Assembly: GCA_900088475.1 (NCBI GenBank)
Contig: FLMG01002184.1
Location: forward strand, 62,974-126,973
Length of the DNA: 64,000 nucleotides
Source: Hyphochytrium catenoides
Lineage: Eukaryota; Protista; Hyphochytriomycota
Reading direction: 5' to 3'
A program made the translations under genes and the position numbers. Of this stretch, positions 12,882 to 25,752 are shown one piece after another (position 1 is the first letter of the stretch; each line of letters opens with the position of its first letter). The notes under the pieces were generated by a model that worked only from the letters and a program-made list of their open reading frames with translations, was not told the origin of the DNA and searched no databases.

Positions 12882-13656
12882 CCCTCACGCAGCCAATGAA
12901 TCAGCTCTATTATTCGTACTAAGAGAGCTGGGGAAATTAGCTTAGGGGACAAGGCGCCAGGACGAGGAGCGACGATGATCTTATAGAGGGCGACTCGGCA
13001 AGGGGGGGAAAAGCATCCAAGTCAGAACGCCGTTAGGGCTAATGAGAAGCTCACTTCTCTCGGGCTCCACATCCTCTTATCGTCCTCGTGACCTGAGACT
13101 GTCTCTCTGAACCTCTGCTGCTCAAAGGTCGGGCAGCCATCAGCTCCCATGCCGGCCGATAGCGAAGCCGATGATGAGATGATGAGGAGCCCAACTGAAG
13201 GATCGATCATGTGCTGTGAACAACAAACGCTGACATTCTTCAACAAGTTGTGAGTTCTAGGGGGTTTCAGAGCTACCCTCGGAGTCAACAACACCTATTG
13301 TGTTATTGGGCTTCCGTCTGATGACAGAAAGGCGATAAGATGATTATGTTGGCATTCCTGCCAAGAGTCCAGCTCCTTGTGCCTGCAGCGCAGGAGCCAT
13401 CCTTGCAATCGCCGCAGCCTCAAAGTGTGTATACCTACGTGCAGGTAGCGGCAACGTGATGGTGTACGTGGCTTGAGAAGAAGTGTGGCGACTGAGAACC
13501 GTGCGAGCTGTGTGGTACAGTTGCCTGACAAGAGAGAGACCACCGGCAGCATCAGTAGACTTAGACTATACTATCACAAAGTGGTTCTGACAGCGAGTCA
13601 CACTATGGCTCTTCCATAGTGGGAGGAGGCGTCCTGCCTCCTTTCCTGCGCGGAAG

Positions 13657-16600
13657 ATGCCGCCGAAGCAGCCAAAGAAAGGAGGAGCGAAGGCTGCCAA
13701 AGCTAAGCAGGCTCCTTCAACTCTCCTAGCTCTGACTCATCCCACGTCCGAAGGAGATGAGACGGAGAAAAACCTCCATGACCAGGAGGAAGAACTCGAG
13801 TCCTTGGAGGCGATATATGGAGATGACTTCAAACGTGAGATCGGAGGGATATTGAGAGCTCCTCTTTCTTCGTGTTTTGTGCTTATTAGATAAGTGTTAT
13901 TGTCTGGGCTCTTCTCCTTTACCGTCCCAGAGGCAGTTTCTCCGTGTGGCTGATGGTGCTCCCTTTTTCCCGACTCCATTGACGGTCACGTTCTTCCCAC
14001 GTATCCTCTCTTACCCTTCCGCTACCACTCTATGGCTCTTTGACTTCTATCGCTGTGGACCTATCTCTCTTAGGTTTGCCTGCTGTGTGGGGGAAGAAGT
14101 GCTTTACCATCAGCGTCATTTCGCGCCTGGGAGACGATGACGACGCTCCTCCCTCTGTCACGGTGCACTTTGCTTTGGATCGTGCCTATCCTCGCCGCAG
14201 TGGGTACGTGGTTCACTCTTGCTCGATCCTGTGCCATTAGTAGTCACCTTTCTGTTTAGGCCCACCGTAGAAATCAAAGCTGTCTCTCACGTTGCAGAGG
14301 ATCGCCTCAAGGAATTAAAGGCCATCCTTAGAAAAGGCAGTGAGAAGAGAATTGGCCGAGTTATGGTGCTTGACCTCATGTTTGATGTCCAAGAGTTTCT
14401 TGGCAACATCCACTCGAGACGGATCTCCTTCTACGAGGAGATGGTCCAGAGACAGGAAAAGAGGAAGGTTATAGAGGAAGAGCTGAGAAGGGAGCTCAGC
14501 GCACAGCAGAGAGAGAAGCTTCTGGAGGAAGAAAAAGCGCTGCAGGAGGCTATCAGAGCGGATAAAGAGCTCCGGGAGGCCAAGGCTCGGGCCTATCGCG
14601 AGCGCGTCAAGGGCACGAAGCTTACTGAGCCAGATGGCAAGGCTAAAGAGATCGATGCGGCTCAACGGGATTGGGCCGAGGAGTTTGACGAGGAGGAAGA
14701 AGATGAAGAGGGAAAAGGTTCAAGTCCTCCTCTTCGTACAGGGTCTCGGTATTTCAATGACTTCAGAGAACTGGAGCTTTTGGGCAGAGGCGGGTTTGGC
14801 GAAGTGGTTAAAGCCCAAAACAGACTGGACAAACGCCTTTATGCCATAAAGAAGATCAAGCTAGATCCGCAAGATGTCAAGAGTAAGAGAAAAATCCTCA
14901 GAGAAGTGACATTCATTTCTCGGATGACGCATAGGCACATTGTCCGCTACTATCAAGCGTGGTTGGAAGGAGAAAGCGGACAAACAGCAGAAACAGACTC
15001 AGATGACGACTCTGAGAACAGCTGGTTGCAGCATACGGAGGACGAGGACGAAGAGGGTGGGATGGAGGACTGGTTTGGTGCCAGCACAAGTCGCTCTATC
15101 TCTGGTCTTGGCATAGCGTCCCGGAAGCCAACGGGAAGATTGGATAACACTCGACTACTTAGTACTTCCCAGGACGCCTCTGAATCTGATAGCAACTCAA
15201 CAGCGTCCGAAGACGAGACAGAGTCGGCCAGAATGAATGAACAGGGAAGTGATTCAGACGAAGAGAAAGAAGATGACGATAGTGGAAGTACTACTTTCAA
15301 AGCTTCTCCGACCAGCTCTGATGGCTTTTCTTTTGGGCAATGGAAAGGTTGGGGCTCGTCTTTCCTCCAACGAGGTCCCAGTAAGGAGCTTGACATCAAT
15401 GACCAGTTCTTCCAGGTTGCCTCCGAGAACCCAGTGTCACCTCCCTCTCCTACAGTCCTTTCTTTGCCCAAGAAGTCCCGGGAAACCCTATTTATACAGA
15501 TGGAATATTGCGAAGGAAAGACACTTCGCGAGGTGATAGACAAGGGAGAGCTGTGGAAGCACCCCGAGGACATTTGGCGATTCTTCAGGCAGGCGGTAGA
15601 GGCTACCGCTTATATCCACAGTAAGGGAATGATACACAGAGACATCAAGCCTTCCAACGTCTTCTTTGATGCAGATGGCAATGTGAAACTTGGAGACTTT
15701 GGCTTAGCTACCCGGAAGGCAAACGATGATGACGATGGGGAGGAAGAAGAACAAGACCCAGAGGATGGGTATAGGCTTAGCGGAGCCCCCGAGGGGCGAG
15801 CGGAGACCTCCTCCATATCTGCGATGTTGACAACGGTGGACAGTATCACGGCTGGCGTGGGGACGGCTTTTTATAGGGCCCCTGAGCAAGAGAGAGAAGG
15901 CTCCAAGTACAACCAAAAGGCAGATATGTTCTCTTTAGGCATTGTGTTCTTTGAGATGTGGGCTCCCCCTTTCAGTACGGGTATGGAGAGGGCAGAGACC
16001 CTTACAGAGCTTAGACAGCGGGACAACCTGCCAAAGGAGTTCGTTCAGCGAGTACCACCAAACGTCACTCAAATAATCCACTGGCTGTGCAGCACTAATC
16101 CATCCCTTCGTCCTACTGCTGCTGATCTGCTGCGGAGCAACCTCATGCCCCCAAAAATGGAGGTTGAAGAGCGCTATTTGGAGGAAGTGCTTGAAACATT
16201 ATCGAACCCAAATGGGCCGTCCTTCCAGCATGTTGTTGACGCTCTCTTTTTACAAGCACCACGGGATCATGTGGATTATACTTATGACTCAGCTTTTGCA
16301 AGCAAACGGAAGAATGATGTGGAAAGCCGGGTACGGAGCCTGGTTTGTATGAAGATGCAGGCTATCTTCGAGAAGCATGGTGCTATTCAGCAAGAGACGC
16401 CACTTCTCCGGCCTGCTTCCTCGAATTGGGGTCCTCACAGGGCCTCATCTAACAGCTGCGCCTTATTAGATCCCAATGGTGTCGTGGTCAGCCTGCCCTT
16501 TGACCTAACAGAACCAGTGGCACGCTTCATCGCCCGAACTGGACTCTCGAATTTTAAGTCCTATCAGTTTGATAGGGTTTTTCGCAGGGTTATTGGCGGC

Positions 16601-18406
16601 GGACACCCTCGTGAACTTCATGAGGCAGACTTTGATGTAGTATGGAACTTGACGAAGGGCGCGGAGGTTGTCGAGGCTGAAACCCTTATGGTGCTATCGG
16701 AGGTACTGAACTCCATAGGGCCACAGATAGGGCCGTACTACATCCGTCTTAACAACACCAAGATGATCTATAACCTCCTGGATGTATGTGACGTAAGTCC
16801 ATCTTCAAGAGCAGAAGTACTACGGCTACTCTCGGCTTCTGCCTCCACGCAGCTAGAGTATAATTCTGCGACAAGGACGGTTAAATCTGTAGCCTCTCCC
16901 TACCAGCTCGCCCGGTGGAAGGCGATTCACAAGGACCTGATAGCGGCAGGCCTCTCTCCGAACGTGGCGGAGTCTCTGAAGGGCTTGTTCTTCCTTCCCG
17001 CGAATCCAATAGAGACTTCTCATGTCCTAGAAGACTTCATGAATCAAAAGAACTTCAACCAATCGACCGTAGACAGTACTGGCCTGCCCCTAACAGCATC
17101 TCTAAATTCGCCAACTAAGCTGTCGGTACGGCGGCAGCAGAGACTTCTCAAGTCCATTGAGGATGCACGAGAAGGGCTCCGGGCAATGAAGAAACTTCTC
17201 GTACTTCTGGAAGAGTTGTTTATAGATGGTCCAAGCTTCGTGCTGGTGGATTTAGGCCTTACACAGAGCCGGGAGGTTTATAGTTGCGGCCTTTTCTTCA
17301 GGGCTATTCTCCTTCCCACCGTCTCTGCGGCCGGCGTCCTCAACGAGCAGAGTGCCAAAGATACGGTGGCTGAGGGTGGCCGGTACGACACGCTCATCAC
17401 AAGATACAAACTTCCTGCTGCCAGGCTTACCTCTAACAACGTGATTGCTCTGGGGCTGCGGTTTGCTGTGGACAAAATCGTCTCAAAGGCCATTTCTTCC
17501 ATGATGGCTTCTAAGAAAGAAGGCATGTCTTCAGCTCGGGGGCCTGCAGTGCTAATATGTTCAAGTGGGAAGGCAGTGGATATGCTGGCGGAGAGGCTGA
17601 AGGTTGCCAGGCTTCTTTGGGCTGCGTCCATCCAAGCTGAGTACATCCACTCCGACTTCTCGAACCTTGAGATTCTCGAGGAATCATGTGTAGCCAATGG
17701 GTACAGCTGGATTATCCTTGTTCTGCCGCATCTGCTGTCTAAGCGGAAGGTGAAGGTGCGCTCCGCTAGAAAGGCTGATAAGTCAGAGCATGCCGTCGAT
17801 ATTGATAGCCTGGTTTCGTTTCTCAAAGGCAGTTGCGGCCTTGCAGTGTCAACGGAACAACGGTCAGAGTATGACACACCACCTACCGGTAGAGGTGTCA
17901 TGGAAAGGATAGGACATCTTGGAATAGGTGGAACCCCTGTCACTGTCGACTTCCTCGAGAGCAAGACACCACATGGTATTAAGGAAAAAAAGAAGGCTAA
18001 AGAGGCAACCCAGCTGGTGGGAAAGAAGGCGATGAAATTTTTAGATGGATTAAGCATGGCAGGAGAGGGCAGGCCGTCCCGAGTTATTTATGTTGAAGCT
18101 CCATACACACTGCTACGAGAAGCAACCACAGCCTATCTCATGGAAGGATCACAGGCAGAAGAAGCCATCGTCAGCAGGCATAACCATTACCGACGGGTGC
18201 TGAAGTCCCTATTCGAGACTCTGGACGGCATAGCTGCCGATGGAGAAAGCAAGGGCCGCAATCATACTCGACCTGTTCTTCTCTATTCTGCCATTGATGA
18301 TCGCTATGATTTGGTCTTTATCTCGGCTGACTCCAAGCTAGGACGTAGTAGTAGTATGTCCAAGAGCTCAGCCAGAAAGAAAGTCCCGGCCACTCCTCCT
18401 CGCTAA
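13657..18406 (+). CDS. GCN2: eIF2-alpha kinase GCN2 (RWD, kinase, HisRS-like and anticodon-binding domains); 3 exons, last exon 14260-18406
   Basis: QEEELESLEAIYG (RWD); SRYFNDF..LGRGGFGEVVK; acidic kinase insert; LFIQMEYC; HRDIKPSN; DFGLA; GVGTAFYRAPE; HisRS-like LPFDLTEPVARF, HPRELHEADFD, AEGGRYD. Confidence 0.96.
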
Positions 18407-18548
18407 GCTGTCGGGAGACGCATTTCAAGAAGCATTTCGCTTTCATTTTGACCCGTTTCCGTTAAGCCAAGCGCTGGATTTCAAAACGTTTGTATAGGCT
18501 CTTTCCATGTTGATTCATAGCCTTTCTTTCTTCCTGCCGTTGTCATTC

Positions 18549-19100
18549 TTATTCCAGCTTAAAACGGCCGACTTTTGGTGCTGGTGCTCTGGGCTCCATC
18601 CCTTGGTCCTCCCTCCACGCCATGATCACATAGGCCACGATCACAAGATTGGCAACAGCCACACCTCCAAATCCACTGCGCACATAGTTACAACGAGAGG
18701 AGTAGTGAGCAAATACGTGAGAAGATGAGGGGAAAGAACTTAGTAAACCCTTCGAGACACCAACCTCCACATCAGCTTGTCTTTGTCATCTGTCCAGAGG
18801 ATACGCGGAGGCACCAAAGGTTATTAGGTGTGTGTCAACATAAGACAAGGAAGAGAGAGTTGCTGTGAGTTACCTGGAAGCAAGTAATCTCGTATTCCGT
18901 AGAAGGCGAAAAGTGGCAATAAAGCCATAAGAACAGTAAAGTAGCCCAGCTTGAGGAGAACTCTGGCGTTAGACTCAGCATGCCTGCATGAGGTAAAGGC
19001 ATTAGGCCAGCACCACAATCCTGCGACATTCAAAGGATAAACTTAACCGAGATTCTCCGTTCCTTCGACTCTCTCCCGGGCGAGCTCCATCCTGCCTCAT
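18549..19100 (-). CDS. VMA21: V-ATPase assembly factor VMA21-like, 4 exons including a 25-nt exon (18765-18789)
   Basis: Spliced: ...RVLLKLGYFTVLMALLPLFAFY...LMWSGFGGVAVANLVIVAYVIMAWRED; two TM helices with the VMA21 pattern. Confidence 0.8.
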
Positions 19101-19544
19101 ATTTCAAGCGCCTAGAATGGTTGGGCCCACCAGCCACACTAGCACCTTCCTAAACGGCACCGGCAGGGGCTATCGTCGAGAGCCGCGACTTGTAAAGATT
19201 GCCGTAGGAACAAAACTGGCTTCCGCCTTGAGTTCCGACGGCAGCAAAGAAGGTTCTATCACCGCCGACAAAGTCAGCGGCGTTTCCTGCGCGGTAAAGG
19301 TCTGATTGAACCTCCTGGAGCGCCAACAGACAGACGAAGGCCCTCCTCGTTGTGTTAGCCTATTATTGAATGACAAGCATCATCTCTGTCTCTGTTCAGT
19401 GAAGCAAGAAGCAAGGTCATGAGCATGGGATCAAAAGTTGTTGTACGAGTAGTTCCATAGAATTTGTGCTTCTACAGCTTGTTTTACAGTGTACAGCGGT
19501 CATGGCTGTTTTTCTTTACAGTAATACTAATGCTCCTCAGAGCT

Positions 19545-19549
19545 AAAAA
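19545..19549 (-). terminator. Pol III terminator (T5) of tRNA-Phe
   Basis: TTTTT on the minus strand 4 nt after the discriminator base. Confidence 0.7.
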
Positions 19550-19553
19550 GGTT

Positions 19554-19578
19554 TGCCACGAACGTGGATCGAACACGT

Positions 19579-19626
<48 letters not shown>
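19554..19626 (-). tRNA. tRNA-Phe (GAA), intronless, 73 nt
   Basis: GCCGCGATAGCTCAGTTGGGAGAGCGTCAGACTGAAGATCTGAAGGTCACGTGTTCGATCCACGTTCGTGGCA; acceptor stem, D loop, CTGAAGA anticodon loop and TTCGA T loop intact; G37. Confidence 0.98.
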
Positions 19627-19674
19627 ACTTGCTTGAAAAGGAGGAGATAGACTAGAGATTAGAACAATTGTTTT

Positions 19675-22600
19675 CTACTCCAGAAGCAAGTACGCCAGAT
19701 CTGTCTGATGGATCTGAACTCCACTTCTGGCAGTGGCGCCAGCTGTTGAGATCAGAGCTTCGGCGTCTTCACTTCTTTCTTCTCTCCTGCATTGAAGCTT
19801 CTTTTCTCCTGACATTTGGTCGACTGCCTCTTCGAGCTGGAAATGCAGCTGCTGTTGTTTCATGATAGTAACGTAAGATCCGCGCTTCTCAGGCGGTAGT
19901 TGGGGTTTGCAATAGGATCCTGTCGTCGTTGCGTGAGATTTTGGCGGAGAGTTTTTGGTTTGTCTTGCGTGTGGTGCGTTATGTCGTGGTTGAGGTCCAT
20001 AAGATCCGGCGTAACTACCTTCCGCCATCTTCTCTATACCTCTTGGGTGCGCAGCCGCTTCTTCCTTTAGATGAGTTGTAGTTACGGCAGGAGCTTTGAT
20101 CGTTGAGACTTCGCGAACATGTTCCTTATCATGGTCATGTCCCTCTTTGTAGCTCTGTGTGGGTTGATATAACTCTTGTGTGTGCGTAGTGTGAGTTGAG
20201 AGAACTTGTCCCGCGACCACCTTTCTTGATTTCCTCCTCTGAAGCATCAGATCAAGCCGTTCCAGGGACTCTAGTATACGCTTTTCGTCCTGGTATAGTG
20301 TAATCTCATCCCTAGAGGTGCCTTCCGCAACAGCTCTTTCCCGGCCAGTTGTTTCCTTGTGTCGTTGCGTTGGCTGATGGCTCCTACCTTTGTTGACGTT
20401 GCTAGGAGGAAGCTTAGGCTGCGTTTGGAGGTCTATCGAAGTGTCTTGCGGGGACCGCGCGGTGGACCTGGTAGAATCTCCATGGCCATCTTTACCTAAT
20501 GTCAATCTTTCCTTATCCTGCACCTCTTTTGGCGGGTCTTGTTGTGAGTCTTGTTGTGAGGTCTCCTTTAAGGGAACCCTGTCATGACGCTCTGTCGCTG
20601 GGGCTAAAGGCAATCTAGTCTTCCATTTCGAATGTCGTTGCGCTATGCTTTTCGCGTATTGCTTCCTCCTCTCTAGTAAGTTATGAGCGTGTAACCGCTG
20701 CTCTTCTTGAGGATGAATGGCAGGCCTAAGAGCGTTCTTTGCCCCTTTGTTGGCATCCGCACTTGATGACATTGACCTGGTATAAGCCTCAGACATGACA
20801 AAGTAGAGGCCTGCTCTTGCGCTCTCTTTTTCGCCTGCTTCTTCCCCGGTCTCCTTGGTCTGAGCTCGGTCCAATCTTATGTCCGGAATGCTAACCGGAT
20901 TGGATGCCCCGTTAATGCCCCTTGAAAGCCAGGGTTGTTCATTGCCTGCTGTTTGGATCGTCCCGATTGCAGATTGCACTCCTCCGACTTGCTTCTTTGC
21001 ATCCGTTTGTACGGCTTCCCCTTTCTCTGCTGATATTTTGGCTTTCATCTGCGCTCGCAGCTCGGCCAGTCCTGGAAAGCGATCCAAGATGCACTTGGAG
21101 GTTAAGCCTATGTCCATACCCTCCTTATCATTCAATTGCTCGTTCTTTTGTGTCGACTGGCCAGGCGGCTTTGAAGACACGGTTGCGCAACTGGTGCTTC
21201 CTGTATCAAAGGATAGCCCGTCGTCGTCATCTTGACCCAAAGAGCCGTCGTCACCATCTTCATCCAATGAGTCTTCACAAAGACTTTCCGTCTCCATCTC
21301 TTCAACCATCCTGCAGGGCTCTTGCTCCATTGCATAGGCTTTGGCGTCTCGGATGTCAAGAGAGTCACGCAGGGAGCTCCTCCGAGGGCGCTTGTCAGGG
21401 CCTGAACCAGAGGGTCCAACTCTAGCTGGCTCGGCTACAGGTATGAGAACTTTTCCTTCTTCAAGACTATCGCGGAGCTCGGTCGGGATATGGATAGTGC
21501 TACCCCTCCTTGGACAATTGTCTTCGTCATCACTATGCTCCTAGACAAAGGAGTGTTAGAAAAATTTCTGACGGAGCTCTTTCATGGGCATCCCTACCTC
21601 CAGTCCGCTAGTTATCGTGACGCCACCTCTGGGTGTCTGATGAGTTGACAGGTCAGAAGGCAGTAACGCTTCAAATCTCTCTCCTTCGTCCTCAAAAGTT
21701 GAGTCGGATGAAGTCCGAAGGGCAATATCCCACATTGCTTTAGGAAGACCCACCCAATTATTTTCAGTAACGGGACCGAAGGGCGAGCGAGACGTGCAAC
21801 TGACCCTTTTTTGACATCTACTGTTATCCTCCGAAGGCGGGAGTAAGTGTGGCGCAGTCTGTGTGACCTTTGAAGTACTCAACTTCTCATCGTCCCCACT
21901 ATTTGGTTGACAGCTTGCCTGGACGAAGCCGAGTGACATACCGCCTGCTACGCGCACGTGTTGCTTTTGAGTGTTGTGAGCTTCTGTCGCGGTAGTGGCT
22001 ACTCCACACGGGAGGGGACCCTTCACCGTGTAGCTAAAACAGTCCTGATAGGTTCGCGGAGTAGTCGCACATTTTCTCATCTGATAATTCTGAGTGTCTT
22101 GGCCGTTAGAGACTATCCTAAGTCTACTGTCAGCCTTGATCCCTTCCCCTTTGCCACCAAGATCTCGTCTATCTCTCGATAACGCAATGTTTGAGTTGTT
22201 AACGTTGTTGTTGACTGCTTCTGGCTTGGCCAATGAGATTTTCCTGTTCGCAATGATGGTACTTTTGGCATGGCTCTGCGTAGAGGGTGGCCCTTTTAAT
22301 GCTGTCTCATGCACTGTACGCTCACTTCCAGGTTTGACAACGTACTGCTCCGCAGAAGGCTGAGTCACTCGCTGCTCCGTTAAAGGGTGACGCAGTTGCG
22401 GGGTTGAACTGTCCTCTGACACCTTCAGAGGTTCAGGCGAGGCCGTGGTAAACTTTTCCGTCGTGTTTGTGATAGAAGGACCTTGACACTTCAGGTCTTT
22501 TGCTACATGCGACAGCAAAGACTAAGAGGAGTTCGTGAAGTCTTGTTAGTTTGCAAGTAGATTGCAGACTCACCTCTAGCCTGAACGCTGGGATCGCTCG

Positions 22601-23507
22601 CTATTTTTTGCTGACGAAGCTCTAACAAGGCATCCCTCTGAGTTTGAGCCTGTGCCTCTTGAAGCTCTAGAGCTCCCTTTTCAAGTTGGCTTGCAGAAAC
22701 GCGCTTAGTTTCCCTTGTTGTTAACTTAACGCACATGAGCCAAGGATACCTTCGTCTTCTCTCCGCGGAAAGCGTAACGCCTCGTTCCCTCTGCCACTGG
22801 TCATTCCTTTGAGCTGCTCTGTCCTTTATAACCTCACTGACCGCCAGGATGCGATCACTCCTGATAATTGCAGCATCTTGATCTTGAGTCACTAAGCCTT
22901 GTCTGTCCTCCGACTAAGAGAATCAACACAGTTCGTAAACACACGAATGACGTCCTATGATCTGAAAGGTATTAGAACCTGGGCGCCGGTAGGCTTCGCC
23001 TGGTAGCATGATTCAGGACTTGAACTTTTCATGTCAGCTGTGGTCGCGTGGGAAGAGGTCCTCTTTGCAGAGACCTTTCTGGCCGCAAGGTCAGCGTACC
23101 CAACCATATTGCTATTATTCCCTCTCCTTATATCTAAACCTAAGAGTTCACGGGTCGATAGGACGCGTATGGAGGCGGAGCATTATTCGTCCATCACCCA
23201 GTCATGGTGGTTGCTGCAGCGAAGGATTACCCGGCAGCATTCACTTCCGAGCTGTACTCCTTCCACCATCATGGTCGGCCGTCAAGACTAGCTTAGGACC
23301 TATAATCCTTGATATAGGAATAGTAGCGGCCTCCGCAAGTAAGTATGCGTCTGACGAGACACGGCTTGTTGCTTCCCGACCCTGCGGCATCATCAGGTCC
23401 CTCCTGTCTAATGAGTGATGTTCAGTCATGACAGCACTGGTCCCATCGAAGACTTTTTGTGAGGAATGACCAGAAGAGAGTGAATGAAGAGAACTGGGTG
23501 GTTTCAT
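19675..23507 (-). CDS. Large low-complexity, probably disordered protein of unknown function (multi-exon; start approximate)
   Basis: Consecutive minus ORFs (23241-23507, 22503-22892, 21556-22518, 19675-21330); the last junction checked joins in frame through a GT-AG intron; short coiled-coil-like patches (DEKRILESLERLDLML). Confidence 0.6.
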
Positions 23508-23910
23508 TGCTTCTTTGATTAATCAACTGTTAGGCATGGCGGTTATCAATGTTATTTGATGCTAATCCAGTTTGTTCACTGATCTCAACCAGTTGCTCCG
23601 GTTGCTTGCTGATTGATTGATTGATGTTTGATGATTGATGATTGACGTGTGAGCCCAGCCCACCGTCGTTGGCCATCTCTGGAAGAGCGGTCGACACTCA
23701 CTCATCAATCAATCATCAGAATGCTCTTGTCTTCGGTGGGGCTCGCCTCACTTCTTCCGCCACAGCAATGATCCTCCCAACCATCTCTTATAGGTATTCC
23801 TTGTTATCCAGTTACCTGATGCTCTCCAACCCCGAGCAAAACTGATCAGACCAGCAATGAAAATGCTGCTTTCCTAGTCTCTAGGCAATCTGAGCTAAGG
23901 AGTTCCTTGG

Positions 23911-25752
23911 ATGTTAACTGCGGCTTCCACCACCAGAATAACTTTCCCCAACATCTCAAGAGGAGTTTCTCGACTTGGGCCACAGCACCTTCTGCATTCA
24001 GTCTCCATGGAAGAGGATCAGAAGGGAAGGCGCTGCATTCCTGCCTTTTGGCAGTCAAAAGGTGGTTCTGTGGCCAATGGGCAAAGGAAAACGGCCTTCC
24101 TTCATGCAGACGGGTCCATCAACCGTGCTGCGTTCGGAGTGAGGACAGATTTGGTAGCTTTGAGAGTTCCAACTCAAAAGCTTAATGTTGTGAGCAAGAC
24201 GTTAAGGCCCTACCTACTTGATGTCCTGCGGACGAAGCGAGTGGTAGCAGACAGCAGTGCAAGGTAGATAAGTGCTTTCTAACCCCTTTGAGGCTTTGGC
24301 CTGATGTCGTCGTCCTCAGTCCTCCAAACTCCTCGAAGTTAGTACTTTGCAATGAGCGCGTTAGGGATGGGACCCTGGCAGACATTCCTGCAGATGTCCT
24401 ACAGCCGATCAAGGATGACGTAAGCTCAACCACCGACCTCATTTTCTTGCTTGTTCTAAGGCGGCCATGCTTAGATAAAGGGAATCGTTCGCCATGAACT
24501 CTCACTTGGCTATGAGAATCTCACAGCAGAAGATGTCTTTGCCATGGTTCTTCCAGAGGATGTTGACAACCCCTCCTCCTTTGAGACTGTTGGCCATGTT
24601 GCTCATCTCAATCTAAGGTGCTTCTACCAATATAGCTGATGAGTCCCGAATAATAATGTGATGCGACATTGTAGAGAGGGACAGCTTCCCTATAAGAAGC
24701 TAATTGGTGAGGTGCTACTGGACAAAAATCCTGCCATCAAGACCGTAGTGAACAAGACGTCAACCATAGAGACAGAATTCAGAACTTTTCCGATGGAACT
24801 CTTGGCTGGAGAAAGTAATACCTTAGTTGAGGTAAAGGAGTGCGGCGCGAAGTACAAATTTGATTTTGCAGAAGTGTACTGGAACTCAAGGCTCCAGTAT
24901 GAGCATCAACGCCTCGTAGACGAGATATCTCAGTCCAAGGGAACCGTTGTTTGTAAGTGGGGTTCTTTAGGTCTTGTATAGGATGTCTTGGGCGTTTCCC
25001 TGACAAGCTATCTAAATCAACCTTACCCGAAGGCGATATGATGTGCGGCATCGGGCCTTTCGCCATTCCGCTGGGACTAAGAGGCTGTATCGTACATGCC
25101 AATGACCTTAATCCTAAGAGCTACGAATATTTGGTCCAGAATATCAAGCTTAACAAGGTAGGCAGCTCAGGTTCTTGTTACGTATTCGAATGGAGTTTGC
25201 AAACCTTCTCTTTGCAGGTGTCTAAGCAAGTGCAAGCATATAATATGGATGGGCGAGCCTTCGTTCATCACCTACTAGCGCAAGGCGTGAGGTTTAATCG
25301 CATCATCATGAATCTTCCAGCCACGGCTATAGAGTTTCTAGGTATGACGGTGTACGTCATTCATGCCAGAAGCCCGCTTCTAACCATCATTTGTAGATGT
25401 ATTCAAGTCTCTCTTCGACGATAGCTGGACTGTCTTACCGACTGTACATTGCTATTGCTTCTCCAGGCACGAAAAGTTTCTAGATGTACTCCAGGTGAGC
25501 TTAGATTATGAGGACCTCAGCGTTGTTGTAGGCTAAGAGTCTAACTGTGTTTCTTTTTAGCGCATTGAGGAAATACTTGACTGTCAGCTGGGCCAAGGGG
25601 AATTCCATGTCCATGATGTTCGGGACGTGGCCCCAAACAAGAGGATGCTTTGTGTGTCGTTCAAGCTACCAGACACCTGTCGAGCGTCACGACACCACCT
25701 GGCTTCCCGCAGTCCCAAACGCCGCCGGAAGGATTCAGGCTCTACTTCATAA
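23911..25752 (+). CDS. TRM5: tRNA (guanine-37-N1)-methyltransferase
   Basis: [99 protein letters not shown]; stop TAA 25750-25752. Confidence 0.95.

Noticed and set aside
14001-14010. GTATCCTCT inside GCN2 intron 1 as a U12 donor
   Set aside because: Imperfect consensus, lies inside an intron already explained by GTGAGA...TAG, and has no U12 branch
22689-22749. GTATCCTTG donor (minus strand) in the large unknown gene as a second U12 intron
   Set aside because: No CCTTAAC-type branch near the acceptor, only a U2-like ACTAAG; the frame is also open through it
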